64,000 nt of DNA from Candidatus Krumholzibacteriia bacterium (GCA_963836185.1 CAWIIQ010000001.1:1920001-1984000), one strand, 5' to 3'; shown: positions 29,891 through 40,563, numbered from the stretch's first letter. Program-made: numbers and translations. Notes: generated from the sequence alone by a model not told the origin.

Positions 29891-31858
29891 ATGACCAGGA
29901 ACAAGGTTCTACTGGTGGTTGTCCTGATCGCGATCGCAGTGGTCGCCTACTTCGCCTTCTTCCATCCTCCCACAGGCCGTGAAGGCGCCGAAGGGACGAT
30001 AGGAGTGGTGGAAAAGCACCGTGACCAGCAGATGAGCGACGAGGACGTAGTACTGAATTTCGAGGGGGATTACGAGTCGGAATACACTATCGACAATATC
30101 ATCTCCCCTGAGGAAATGGCTGCTCTGTTCGAGCGCACTAATATGCAGGAAAAGGCCAATCTCATGCAGAGGGTCTCGATCCAGCAGAAGGCGGAGCTGG
30201 CCGATCTCGTCCCGACGCAGGAACGCGTCTCTATGGTCGAGCGCGCCACTCCGATGGAACGTGTCTCCATGTTCCAGCGTTTCTCGATCCAGGATCGAAC
30301 CAGCATCATGAAGAGACTGTCGATGACCATGGAAGCGTTCAACAAGCTGCCCATGCAGGAAAAATCAGCTCTCATGATGGAAAAGTTCTCTGTCCAGGAG
30401 AAATCCTCCCTGATGCAGACGGCTACCATCCAGGAGAAGGCCGCCATCATGGAGAGGCTCTCCATCCAGAAAAGGGCCGATATCATGATGCGCGCCTCGA
30501 TCCAGCAGAAGGCCGCGATATTCAACCGCACCTCGATCCAGGAGCGCCTCGACATCATGGAGCGCTGCTCGATCCAGCAGAAGGCATCGATATTCAATCG
30601 TGCCTCGAGTGCTGAGCAGGCCTCGATGTTCGAGAAAGCTACATTCATGGAGAAGGCGGCGATATTCAATCGCACCAACGTCCAGGAGCGCATGAGATCA
30701 TGAACAGGCTTTCCGTTCAGGACCGGACCTCCCTGATGAAGAGATCGTCGATCACGATGGAAGCCTTCGACAAGCTCCCGGCGCAGGAGAAGTCCGCCGT
30801 CATGATGGAGAAGTTCTCGATCCAGGAGAAGGCCCAGTTGATGGACAGGTTCTCGATCCAGGAGAAGGCCAACATAATGCAGAGAGCCTCTGTCACGGAA
30901 CGCGCGAATATCATGCAGCGCGCCTCGATCACGGAGAGAGCCTCTATCATGCAGAGGACCAGCATCATGGGCAGGACCTCTTTCACCTTCGAGCGGGCCT
31001 CGGTCCATGGAACGCGCCGATATAATGCAGCGCGCATCGGTCACGGAAAAAGCGGCGATCTTCGATCATGCCACGGTCCAGGAACGTATGGAGCTCATGA
31101 GCAGGCTTTCCGTTCAGGATCGGACCTCGCTGATGAAGAAATCATCGATAACGATGGAAGCCTTCGACAAGCTCCCGATGCAGGAAAAATTCTCGGTCAT
31201 GAACAAGTTCTCGGTACAGGAGAAGGCCGCCATGATGGAGAAGTTCTCGGTACAGGAAAAATCCAGCATCATGGAGCGCACCTCGATCCAGATGAGAACC
31301 TCGCTGATGGAACGCGCGTCGATCCAGCAGAAAGCCTCGATCATGGAGAGGGTCAATATCCAGGAGCGGGCGTTTGTCTTCCAGAGGGCCTCGGTCATGG
31401 AGAAGGCGAACGTGTTCGCCAGGGCCACTGCCCAGGAGCAGGTCGACATGTTCGCTCGCTGCTGCATGCAGGAAAAGGCCGCGATATTCAACCGCACCTC
31501 GGTACAGGAGCGCACCGAACTTATGCAGCGCCTCTCTGTCCAGGACCGCACTTCGGTACTCAACCGGGCCGCGATCACGATGGAAGCCTTTGAAAAGCTC
31601 CCGATGCAGGAGAAGGCCGCCGTCATGATGGAGAAGTTCTCGGTACAGGAGAAGGCCCAGCTGATGGACAGGTTCTCGGTACAGGAGAGAGTCAGCATAA
31701 TGGGGCGTGCATCAGTCATGGAGAAGGCCTCGATATTCAACAGGGCCTCGATCACCGAGAAAGCCAGCATCATGGGACGCTTCTCGGTGCAGGAAAGAGC
31801 CTCTGTATTCAACAGGGCCTCGGTCATGGAGAGGTCGTCGATAAGCAGGGAAATCTAG
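29891..31858 (+). CDS. Membrane-anchored or exported Met-rich tandem-repeat protein (~655 aa; compensating frameshifts near 30694 and 31005)
   Basis: N-terminal TM, short unique segment (GAEGTIGVVEKHRDQQMSDEDVVL), then ~45 units of consensus R(A/F)S(I/V)QEKAxI(M/F)x. The three track ORFs join into one if a G is added at ATG[G]AGATC and a C removed at GTC[C]ATG. Confidence 0.85.
30115..31850 (+). repeat. Coding tandem repeat, 36-bp unit, nested in four ~400-430-bp higher-order blocks
   Basis: Recurring TC(G/T)(A/G)TCCAGGAGAAGGCC-type words; block marker ATGGAAGC (MEAF) at 30329, 30757, 31154 and 31580. Confidence 0.9.
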
Positions 31859-31904
31859 GGGTCCCTCGCACTTTTGATATGAAGCGGAAGAGGGGATGAG
31901 TGGT

Positions 31905-31945
31905 AGGAAGGAGCAGCCCGGCACCGACCGGGCTGCCTCCTTCCT
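31905..31945 (+). terminator. Strong stem-loop between the repeat gene and the surface peptidase gene
   Basis: AGGAAGGA-GCAGCCCGG / CCGGGCTGC-C-TCCTTCCT; no adjacent U-tract. Confidence 0.6.
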
Positions 31946-31970
31946 GCCGCGTTTCAGTCAAAGGAAGGAT

Positions 31971-34900
31971 ATGAGAGGTTTCAAATCGACCGCCGGCCTG
32001 CTTTCCCGCTCGATTCCCGTCCTCATCGCCGCCGCGGCGGTCTTTCTCGTTCCGCAGCGGGTATCGGGCCAGGACGAATATGTACAGTCAAAGCCTTACC
32101 AGCTCAAATACAGGGCCTACGAGACAGAGGACCTCAGGATCTTCTACTTTTATCGCGAGCAGGAGTATGTCATAGAGCACGTGGCTCGCTGCTTCGAGAA
32201 CGCGTTCCGGTATCACCAGAAGTTCTTCGATTACACGCCGAGTGGCGAGGTCACGGTCTATTTCAATGACGACGATGACTACGGATACGCCGGCACCACT
32301 GTCATCCCGAACAACTGGATCACCCTCGGCATCGAGCCGTTCGAGTATGTATACGACACATGCCCGACTAACGAGCGGATGAACTGGGTGATGAACCACG
32401 AGCTCGTCCACGTCACCGCCTCCGACCAGGCTACCGGGTGGGACTCGAGGTTCAGGAAGCTCTTCTTCGGAAAGGTCCACCCTGTCGCGGAGGATCCCGT
32501 CTCTATATTCTACGCATACCTCACTACGCCCCGACTCTACTCTCCGCGCTGGTACCATGAGGGTATCGCAGTATTCATGGAGACATGGATGGCAGGCGGT
32601 ATCGGACGATCGCTGACTGGTTACGACGAGATGACCTTCAGGGCGATGGTCCGCGACAGCATGCAGTTCCATACCGTCGTCGGACTCGAATCGGAAGGGA
32701 CGGCGAAGGATTTCCAGATCGGCCAGGTGTCGTATCTCTACGGCACGAGGTTCTTCAGTTATCTCTCACTTATGCACGGTCCGGAATCCGTCATCGAATG
32801 GGTGCGCCGCAACGAGGGAAGCGGCGCCTATTTTTCGACACAGTTCCGGAATGTCTACGGCGCCTCGATCTACGAGAAATGGGACGAATGGATAGAATTC
32901 GAGAAGGAGTGGCAGACGACCAACCTCGACGATTCTATCCGGCAGTATCCCGTCACTCCTTCCAGGCAACTCTGTGAGCGGCCTCTCGGCTCGGTATCGA
33001 GGGAGTTCTTCGATCCCGGAGAAACGAAAACTGTACACAGCGGTAAACTATCCCGGCGAGTTCTCCCACATCGCCGAGATAGATATCGATTCGGGAAAGA
33101 TGCGCAAGATCTGCGAGATAGAGACCCCGGCCCTCTACTACGTCACCGGACTCGCCCACGACCCGGAGAGCGGCACTCTCTTCTTCACCACCGATAACAG
33201 CAGGGGCTTCCGCGACGTTAACTCGGTCGATATAGAGACAGGGAAGACGAAGTCGCTCTGCAAGGATATCCGAACCGGCGACCTCGTCTACTGCCGGGCC
33301 GATTCGACGCTCTGGGGCATCATGCACAATGAGGGATTCTCCAGCATCGTGATGTTCGTTCCTCCCATACAATGACGGATACGAGCTCATCAAGCTCAGG
33401 TACGGGATCGACCTGTTCGATATCGATATCTCGCCGGACGGCAAGTATCTGACCGGCACGATGACAGACATAAGCGGCCGGCAGAGGCTCATCAGGATGG
33501 AGACGGAAAGACTGATGTTCGGGGACGGTACCTGGGAGCTGATCCACGAGTTCGCGGACAATAACGCGGCCAATTTCGTTCACTCGCCCGACGGGCGGTA
33601 CCTTTACGGGACATCGTACGTGACCGGCGTATCGAATATATTCAGGTTCGATCTCGAGCAGTGGAAGCTCGAGGCGATGAGCAACTTCGAGATCGGGGGC
33701 TTCCGCCCCCTTCCCGTATCGGACGATTCGCTGATAACATTCACTTACACCGGGAGAAGGCTTCGAGCCTGTGATGATACCGGTAAAACCGATCGAGGAC
33801 GTTGCAGTCGATAAGGTATCTCGGCCAGGCGGTCATACTGGAGCACCCCGTCCTCGACGGACTGGAAGCTCTCGTCGCCGAAGCAGATCGAGATCGACTC
33901 AATGATGACATACGAGGGCGAGTACAGCCCGACAAAGAACCTGCGGGTGACCTCCCTCTACCCGATCGTCGAGGGGTACAAGGAATACGGTACGATCGGG
34001 CTGCGGTTCAACATGATGGACCCGGTCGGGATAAACGCTCTCGACATGGCCGCCTCATACACACCGAACACGAACCTGCCGGAGAACGAACGGGCCCACT
34101 TCAGGTTCAAGTTCTCGAGGGGCACGATGGGGGGCGACAGGGTATTACAACCGCGCCGACTTCTACGACCTCTTCGGCCCGACGAAGGTGAGCAGGAAGG
34201 GACATTCGCTCGCCCTCGATTACGACTACGGATTCGTCGTCGACAGGCCGAAGAGGCTCGGCCTGAACGTCCGCGCCGCCGCCTACGGCAACCTCGAGTA
34301 TCTCCCCCACTACCAGAACGTGCAGGCGACGATAAAGGATTTCTACACTCTCGAGGGGTCCCTCCACTTCAGGCACACAAGGGGAACGATCGGCGGGATA
34401 CAGGCGGAGAAGGGGATGCTCTTCTCCCTGAACAGTTATAACTCCCTGGTCAACGGCGACCTCTACCCCCTCTTCTACGGGCACCCTGGATTACGGTGTC
34501 CTGCTTCCATGGGACCATTCGTCGATATGGCTCAGGACATCGGGCGGCTTCTCCTTTGGAGACAGGGATGAATCGAACTCGTACTTCTTCTTCGGGGGAT
34601 TCGGGAACAACTGGGTCGACCACAAGAGGGTCAACAGGTACAGGGAGTTTTACGCCTTCCCCGGCGTCGAGCTCAACGAGATCGGCGGCACGAACTTCCT
34701 CAAGGGGATGGTCGAATGGACGCTGCCGCCCCTGAGGTTCTCCTCCTTCGGAAAGCCGTCGCTCTATGCCAACTGGGCGAGCCTCGCCTTCTTCGGATCG
34801 GTCATCGCGACCAATGTCGATGCCGGACTACGAAGGGGTCGAGGTGGCAAATGCGGGCACACAGCTGAACCTGAAGATCGTATTCTTCTCGTCGCTGCAG

Positions 34901-34991
34901 ACGACCTTCTCGGCCGGTTACGCTTTCGCTTTCGAGGAGGGCCGTAGCGCCGAGAGAAGAGTTGATGCTGTCCTTGAAGATATTGAGATAA
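31971..34991 (+). CDS. Large exported protein (~1000 aa): zincin-like HExxH domain, TolB-like beta-propeller and putative C-terminal beta-barrel (many frameshifts)
   Basis: Signal peptide; NHELVHV...PRWYHEGIAV gluzincin-like motif; DISPDGKYL and HSPDGRYLY propeller blades; C-terminal strands FFFGGFGNNWVD, VEWTLPPLRF, ending ...ELMLSLKILR*. Confidence 0.75.
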
Positions 34992-35010
34992 ACAGAAGGG
35001 GTATTGTGAG

Positions 35011-36111
35011 TTGAACTACCTACTGGCCATCCTCCCCGTCCTCGTCTTCCTCCTCGTCCTCAAGGCGATGGATTCGTTCAAGCTCGTCAGTTTCCGGCAT
35101 GTCGCGGCAAGCCTCGCGGCCGGATTCGCCGCGGCTGTCGCCGCCTTCTTCATCACGAAGCAGCTCATGCCGGCACTCGGTCTCTCCATATACTCCCCGA
35201 TATACTCGAGATATATCGCTCCCGATGCTCGAGGAGGCGCTTAAAGGGGCCTGGATCATCTGGCTGCTCTGACGAGGCGCAGGACAGGATTCATGGTCGA
35301 CACGGCGATACACGGCTTCGCGATAGGTGCCGGGTTCGCAATCGTCGAGAACGTATACTATCTCAATAATATGACAGGGTACGGTATAGCCTTCGGCATA
35401 GTCCGCGGATTCGGACCGGCCCTGATGCACGGCACCTCGACAGCGATCTTCGGGGTCCTCGCGAAGACAGCCTCCGAGCTGCGCGGCTCGGTATCCACCG
35501 CGACGGTGCTTCCCCGCCTTCCTGATAGCCGTTCTGATACATTCGCTGTTCAATCACTTCTTCATCTCCCCCCTGGTCTCGGCCCTGGCCCTGCTCATCG
35601 GCGTCCCGCTGGTGATGACGCTTGTCTTCCAGCCAGAGCGAACGCTCACTGCGCAAGTGGCTCGGGATAGGCTTCGATTCCGACCAGCAGATGCTGGAGA
35701 TGATAACCTCCGGGCGATATCGCGAGCACACCGGTCGGCGAATACCTCATCTCGCTCAAGCGCACCTTCACCGGGGAGACGGTCGCCGACATGCTCTGCT
35801 GCCTCAGGCTGCATCTCGAGCTCTCTATCAGGGCCAAGGGTATCCTGCTGATGAGGGAGAACGGATTCGAGCCTCCTCCCGATCCGGATGTCGAGGAGAT
35901 GTTCAGGGAACTGAAATACCTCGAGGGCCGCATAGGGGTGACGGGCAAACTCGCGCTGCACCCGCTGCTGCGCTGGAGCAGCCGCGATCTCTGGCAGCTT
36001 CACATGCTGTCGGGATTCATGCCGGGGAAGCGACCTCTGATCCCCGAAAAGAGAAGGGCGACCGACTGGCGGCCGCCCTTTGATTCCAAATACTGGCTTA
36101 GCAGGCTCTAG
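35011..36111 (+). CDS. PrsW-family intramembrane glutamic protease with soluble C-terminal extension (several frameshifts)
   Basis: Reconstructed motifs APMLEEALKG, GFAIGAGFAIVENVYY, ALMHGT, LIHSLFNHF. True stop may be near 36040, before the hairpin. Confidence 0.85.
36047..36081. terminator. Hairpin between the convergent PrsW-family and histone genes
   Basis: AAGGGCG(A)CCG / CGG(C)CGCCCTT stem with TTT on the + side and TCTCTTTTC on the - side. Confidence 0.6.
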
Positions 36112-36285
36112 AAATCGAACGGGTAGATGGTCTTGCGCTTGTTGCCCTTCGCCCTCTCGGCGGCGGCCTTTGACCATCTCGGCGATCTGAGCGTTAAGAG
36201 CCTCAGCCGCGTCTCCACTCATCCTGAGACCATGCTTCTTGGCCAGATCCTTGATCCTCGAGGCGTAAACGAAAGTCTCTGCCAT
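36108..36285 (-). CDS. Bacterial histone-fold protein, 58 aa (one extra base near 36170)
   Basis: Removing one base at GTC-AAA-G gives MAETFVYASRIKDLAKKHGLRMSGDAAEALNAQIAEMVKAAAERAKGNKRKTIYPFDF*; RKTxxxxD histone clamp, R(M)S loop, AAGGAGG RBS, downstream hairpin. Confidence 0.85.
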
Positions 36286-36386
36286 CTTATCCCTCCTTCT
36301 TTCTGTCGTTTGACAGGCTTAGAGACGAGTTGCTTACCTTTTTACCTGAACGGTAGCCTAAACTGCTTCCATTTGCCTTGTCAACG

Positions 36387-37085
36387 TCAATTGTCACTTT
36401 TTTTAAGGATTATTCTAGCATCGGCGATGACGCATCTTTCCTCCGTACAAAGCACCGGATTGAGATCTATCGATTCAATCTCGTCTGTCATCTCGACGAG
36501 CAGGCTCGAAAAACCGACGACCAGTTCTTTCAGCCTGGCGATATTGACACCGGCCGCTCCGCGGAAGCCGCGCAAGTACGCTCCCCGCCTTTAACTCGTC
36601 TATCATCGACTCGACGATTATCTTCAGTGACAGGCGCCATCCTTATCGCTGTATCCTTGTAGATCTCTACGCCGACACCGCCCATACCGGCCAGCACCAC
36701 AGCTCCGAACTGCTCATCGATCTTTCCGCCGACGATGACCTCTATCCCGGAGAGCATCTCCTCGACGAGGATCCCCTCGAATCCTTCGATCCCGCTGAAC
36801 CGGCCGGCGACCTCCCGCATCGCTTCGGGACCGTCTATACCGACGGCTACGCCCCCGGCAGTCGGACTTGTGGATGACATCGGGCGAAACGATCTTCGCC
36901 ACGACGGGCCAGCCGATCCGTCCGCCCGCCTCGACCGCCTCCTCTTCAGTCCTTACCCATTCGAACCGGGGTACGTCGAAGCCGGCTTCGGCGAAGAGGC
37001 GCTTCGCCTCCGGCTCGAGGACCCAGCCATGTTTCTTCGATTCGTTGAGTATGGCGGCAGCAGTTTCGCTCAGCATGGCTTGCAC
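36387..37085 (-). CDS. ADP-forming acyl-CoA synthetase beta (ATP-grasp) subunit (frameshifts near 36860 and 36590)
   Basis: VLEPEAKRLF, PVVAKIVSPDVIHKSD, GILVEEM, GMGGVGVEIYKD, SIDLNPV...IADARI. Confidence 0.88.
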
Positions 37086-38437
37086 CTCTTCATCGCCTCG
37101 ACCATCAGGACCGCTCCTTCGATCGAGTGGGAAACTGGAACATTGTTGAGCTGGAAGCCCTCTATGATCATCCTGTATTTCTCTACGTGCGGCACGTAAG
37201 CCACGATCGGTTTACCCTCCTCCTGGTATACCTGGCTGAGCCTCGCCCCCACATCGGAGGTGACCTCGGGGATATATGGCAGGAGAAGCATGATAACGCA
37301 GTCGATGTCGTCAAGCCTGCTCAGCTCACCGGCCGCTATCACAAAATCGTCATCCCGGGCGCTGCCGGTGAGATCTATCGGATTGCCAAGCGAGGCGATA
37401 GGCTGGACGCTCTCTGAGAGACGTCCGCGTATCCTGCTCTGCACCTCTTCGGAGAACTCCGGAACGATGAGGCCCGAAGCCTCGCAGGTATCGACGGCGA
37501 CGGCGCCGTGTCCCCCGCTCGCCGTCACTATCCCGACTCTGCCCTCGATCCCCCTCGGGTAGCAGCTCAGCGATTCACAGAAGGAGACCATCTCGTACTC
37601 GTCCTTCGCCTCGACGATCCCGAACTGGCTCATCACGGAGGAAAATACGTGTAGTCACCCGCGATCGAGGCGGTATGGCTCGATACCGCCCGGCTGCCGG
37701 CCTGGCTCTTGCCGGCCTTCATGATTATGACCGGTTTCGGGCTTCTGCTCGCAGCCAGGACGAACTCCCGTCCCTCACCGGGGCCGAATCCTTCGACATA
37801 GAAAGCGATGACATCCGTCTTCTCGTCCCTCGCGAAGTACTTGAGCAGTTCGAGTTCTCCAACAGCCGCCTTGTTCCCGATACTGACCGCCCTGGAGAGC
37901 CCTATCCCCTGTCCCGCGAATTTCACCATCTGGTCGACGAGTATCCCGCCGCTCTGGCTGACGATGGCTACGTTACCCGCCTCGGGCCTTACCATCCTCT
38001 CGCTCGGCAGGAAAGAGAGAATCGACCAGCCCGGAAGAATATATCCCGAGACAGTTGGGGCCTATTATGGGGAAATCGGCCTCCGCGGCGATCTCTTCGA
38101 ACTGCTGCCGCAGGTCGAGCCTGCCCGTCTCGGCGAATCCTCCCGATATCACGGCTGCCCCGCCGACCCATGCGTCGATGCATTCCCTCAGAACGCCCGG
38201 TACATGCTCGGCCCTCACAGCGATGATAGCCAGGTCGATCTTCTCCGGGATCTCGGAGATCGAGGTGTATATCTTTTCCTTGTGGTACATCCCGCCCTTC
38301 GGATTCACTCCGAAGACCTTCACCGGGTAGCGGAAGAAGTTTTTATTATAGATGATATTGGCGGGGTGTCGCTCATTGCTCAGCGACAGTCCGACAACAG
38401 CCATCGTCTTCGGCTCGAACAGGGTCCTGAAATCCAA
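37070..38437 (-). CDS. ADP-forming acyl-CoA synthetase alpha (CoA-binding) subunit (frameshifts near 38010 and 37640)
   Basis: ISGGFAETG, IIGPNCLG, VSQSGG, SIGNKA, phospho-His motif SSHTASIAG, NPIDLTG. Confidence 0.9.
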
Positions 38438-38499
38438 GAGTCCTCCTTGTGCGTGCGCTTTACTTCAGGTGTCCAATGTGCAACAGCGAAGCCTCAGTG

Positions 38500-39825
38500 T
38501 CAAGTGCCGAGCGTCTCTTCGCCGCCCTCTGCTTCAAGGATCTCCCGCCTCGCCTTCTCCTCATCGACGAACCAGAGCAGGACCGCGCCCCCGATGAAGA
38601 GGATCGAGACCGATGTGATGCCCAGCCTTGTCGCCGTCTCAGCCCGGGCGCCGAGCGATCTCAGCGCAAGGCCGGTCGCTCCGATCAGTACCGGCCCCAT
38701 GACAGCAGCGAACTTCCCGATCATATTGTAGAATCCGAAATATCTCGCCGACTTCTCCTCGGGTACGATCCCGGCGAAGAGCGATCTGCTCAGGGCCTGT
38801 ATACCTCCCTGCACGAGGCCGACCGATACGGCGAGGACATAGAACTCCTCGCGGCTGTCCATCAGCGCCGCCCATACAGTGACGAAAAGATAGACGCCTA
38901 TCGCTATGAAGATCGCGCGACGGGCTCCGATCCTGGCCCCGATCCGTCCGAAGGCGATCGCCGATGGAAACCCCACAAACTGCGTCACGAGCAGGGCCAG
39001 TATCAGGTCGTCACGCTCGAGGCCGATCGACATACCGTAATCGACGGCCATCCTGACGATCGTGTCGACGCCGTCTATGTAGAGCCAGTAGGCGATCAGA
39101 AACAGTAACAGTGTTTTCATCCTCTTGAGCATCTTGAACGTCCCGAACAGATCAGATAATCCTTCCTCTATCGATCTTCTGATTCCGGCTGTCACTACGG
39201 ACCGCTTTTCCCTGACAAAGAGTATCAGGGGAATCGTAAAAACGGCCCACCAGGCTCCCACCGTGAGGAATGAATACCGCACCGCTTCCTCAGCCCCGGC
39301 GAGCCCGAAGGATGCGGGCCTGAGCGTCATCGCCACATTAAGGGCAAACAGAAGCCCGCCGCCGAGATATCCGAGGCCGTAACCCAGCGCCGATACTCTC
39401 TCCCTCTGCTTCGGCCCGGCGACCGATACAAGAAGCGCATCGCTGAAGACGATGCTTCCGCTGAATCCGATAGAGGCGAGGACGAATACGAGGATCGCCG
39501 CCTTCCAGTCACCGCGCGAGACCATCCAGAGTGACGCCGTCATCAGCGCGCCGAGAAAAGCGAAGAAGACGAGGAACCTTTTCCTTGCCGATCCGCGGTC
39601 GGCTATGGCGCCGAGCACGGGAGCGAGCAGGGCCACGGTGATACCGGCGAGCGAGTTGGCGAGGCCGAGGCGCGCGGTCGAGACTGTCGTATCAGCGCCC
39701 GCGCTCCAGTACTCGTTGAAGAAGACGGGAAAGAATCCGGCCATCACCGTCGTGGCGAAGGCGGAGTTCGCCCAGTCGTACATCGCCCAGGAGAATATCG
39801 CTTTTTTTCCGGAATCGCCTGTCAT
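38500..39825 (-). CDS. MFS transporter, UMF1/Atg22-like
   Basis: SWAMYDWANSAF, GYGLGYLGG, GGIQALSRS, FGFYNMIGKFAAVMGP. Confidence 0.92.
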   Translation of the reverse strand: MTGDSGKKAIFSWAMYDWANSAFATTVMAGFFPVFFNEYWSAGADTTVSTARLGLANSLAGITVALLAPVLGAIADRGSARKRFLVFFAFLGALMTASLWMVSRGDWKAAILVFVLASIGFSGSIVFSDALLVSVAGPKQRERVSALGYGLGYLGGGLLFALNVAMTLRPASFGLAGAEEAVRYSFLTVGAWWAVFTIPLILFVREKRSVVTAGIRRSIEEGLSDLFGTFKMLKRMKTLLLFLIAYWLYIDGVDTIVRMAVDYGMSIGLERDDLILALLVTQFVGFPSAIAFGRIGARIGARRAIFIAIGVYLFVTVWAALMDSREEFYVLAVSVGLVQGGIQALSRSLFAGIVPEEKSARYFGFYNMIGKFAAVMGPVLIGATGLALRSLGARAETATRLGITSVSILFIGGAVLLWFVDEEKARREILEAEGGEETLGT

Positions 39826-39872
39826 TTCATCGATTATATACCACCCGGTCAGTATGGAAACAGAAATCTTCC

Positions 39873-39936
39873 TTGACAACCAATTTACTTCGGAACATAT
39901 TATGTACGATATACGTACAATACTATGTATATCGTA
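39873..39936 (+). promoter_or_regulatory. sigma70-type promoter with downstream TetR operator
   Basis: TTGACA-N17-CATATT, then inverted repeat TACGATATAC-N12-GTATATCGTA (39905-39936) before the tetR start. Confidence 0.7.
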
Positions 39937-39953
39937 AACTCAAGGGCAGTGCA

Positions 39954-40563
39954 ATGAAGAAGAGCCTGAATGAAAAAAACTCCGTAAAGAGGGATCAGAT
40001 CAGTCTGGACGGGCGACCGCCTCTTCGCTATGTACGGCATCAGGAAGGTCTCCGTCGAGGAGATATGCCGCGAAGCCGGCGTCAGCAAGGTGACCTTCTA
40101 CAAATACTTCCCGAATAAGCTCGAGTTGTTCAAGCATATATGGACCGGATGGAGCGATTCGATATATGAGCGCCTGGTCGAGATGAAAAAAGAAGGTGCC
40201 TCGTTTATGGAGCGGATGCAGGCGATCGTCGAGTTCAAGATGGAACTGCTCTCCAGGATGAATCCGCAGATCGTCGAGGACATCCTGCATTCCGGGCCGG
40301 AACTCGAAGAGTTCATCCATGAGCTGAGAACCCGAAGCATGAAGCGTTTTCTCGATTTTGTCGCCGATGCCAGGAAAAATGGCGAGATGCGCGATGTCAG
40401 GCCGGAGTTCCTTCTGGCGGTTCTCGACAGCCTCGGAAAACTGGTCGAGAACGATGCTCTGCGTAGACTGTACCCTACCGACATGGAGTTCTTCAGAGAA
40501 GTGAACGATTTCTTCTTCTTCGGTATTATGCCTGCAGGCGGGAAGGGGCACGAAATAAAGTGA
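39954..40563 (+). CDS. TetR/AcrR-family regulator (frameshift near 40005)
   Basis: LFAMYGIRKVSVEEICREAGVSKVTFYKYFPNK HTH. Confidence 0.92.

Noticed and set aside
30690-31010. Programmed frameshifting or a genuine ATGA-coupled gene split in the repeat gene
   Set aside because: No slippery heptamer; comparison with the sister block (ATGGAGCTCATGAGCAGG) shows a single missing G, in line with window-wide indel errors. Not fully excluded without reads.
30115-31850. 36-bp periodicity resembling a CRISPR array
   Set aside because: Units are contiguous, vary at synonymous positions, have no unique spacers and encode a protein repeat; no cas genes in the window.
35554-36285. 243-aa reverse ORF
   Set aside because: Only the first 39 codons are real (histone N-part); the rest is antisense to the PrsW-family gene.
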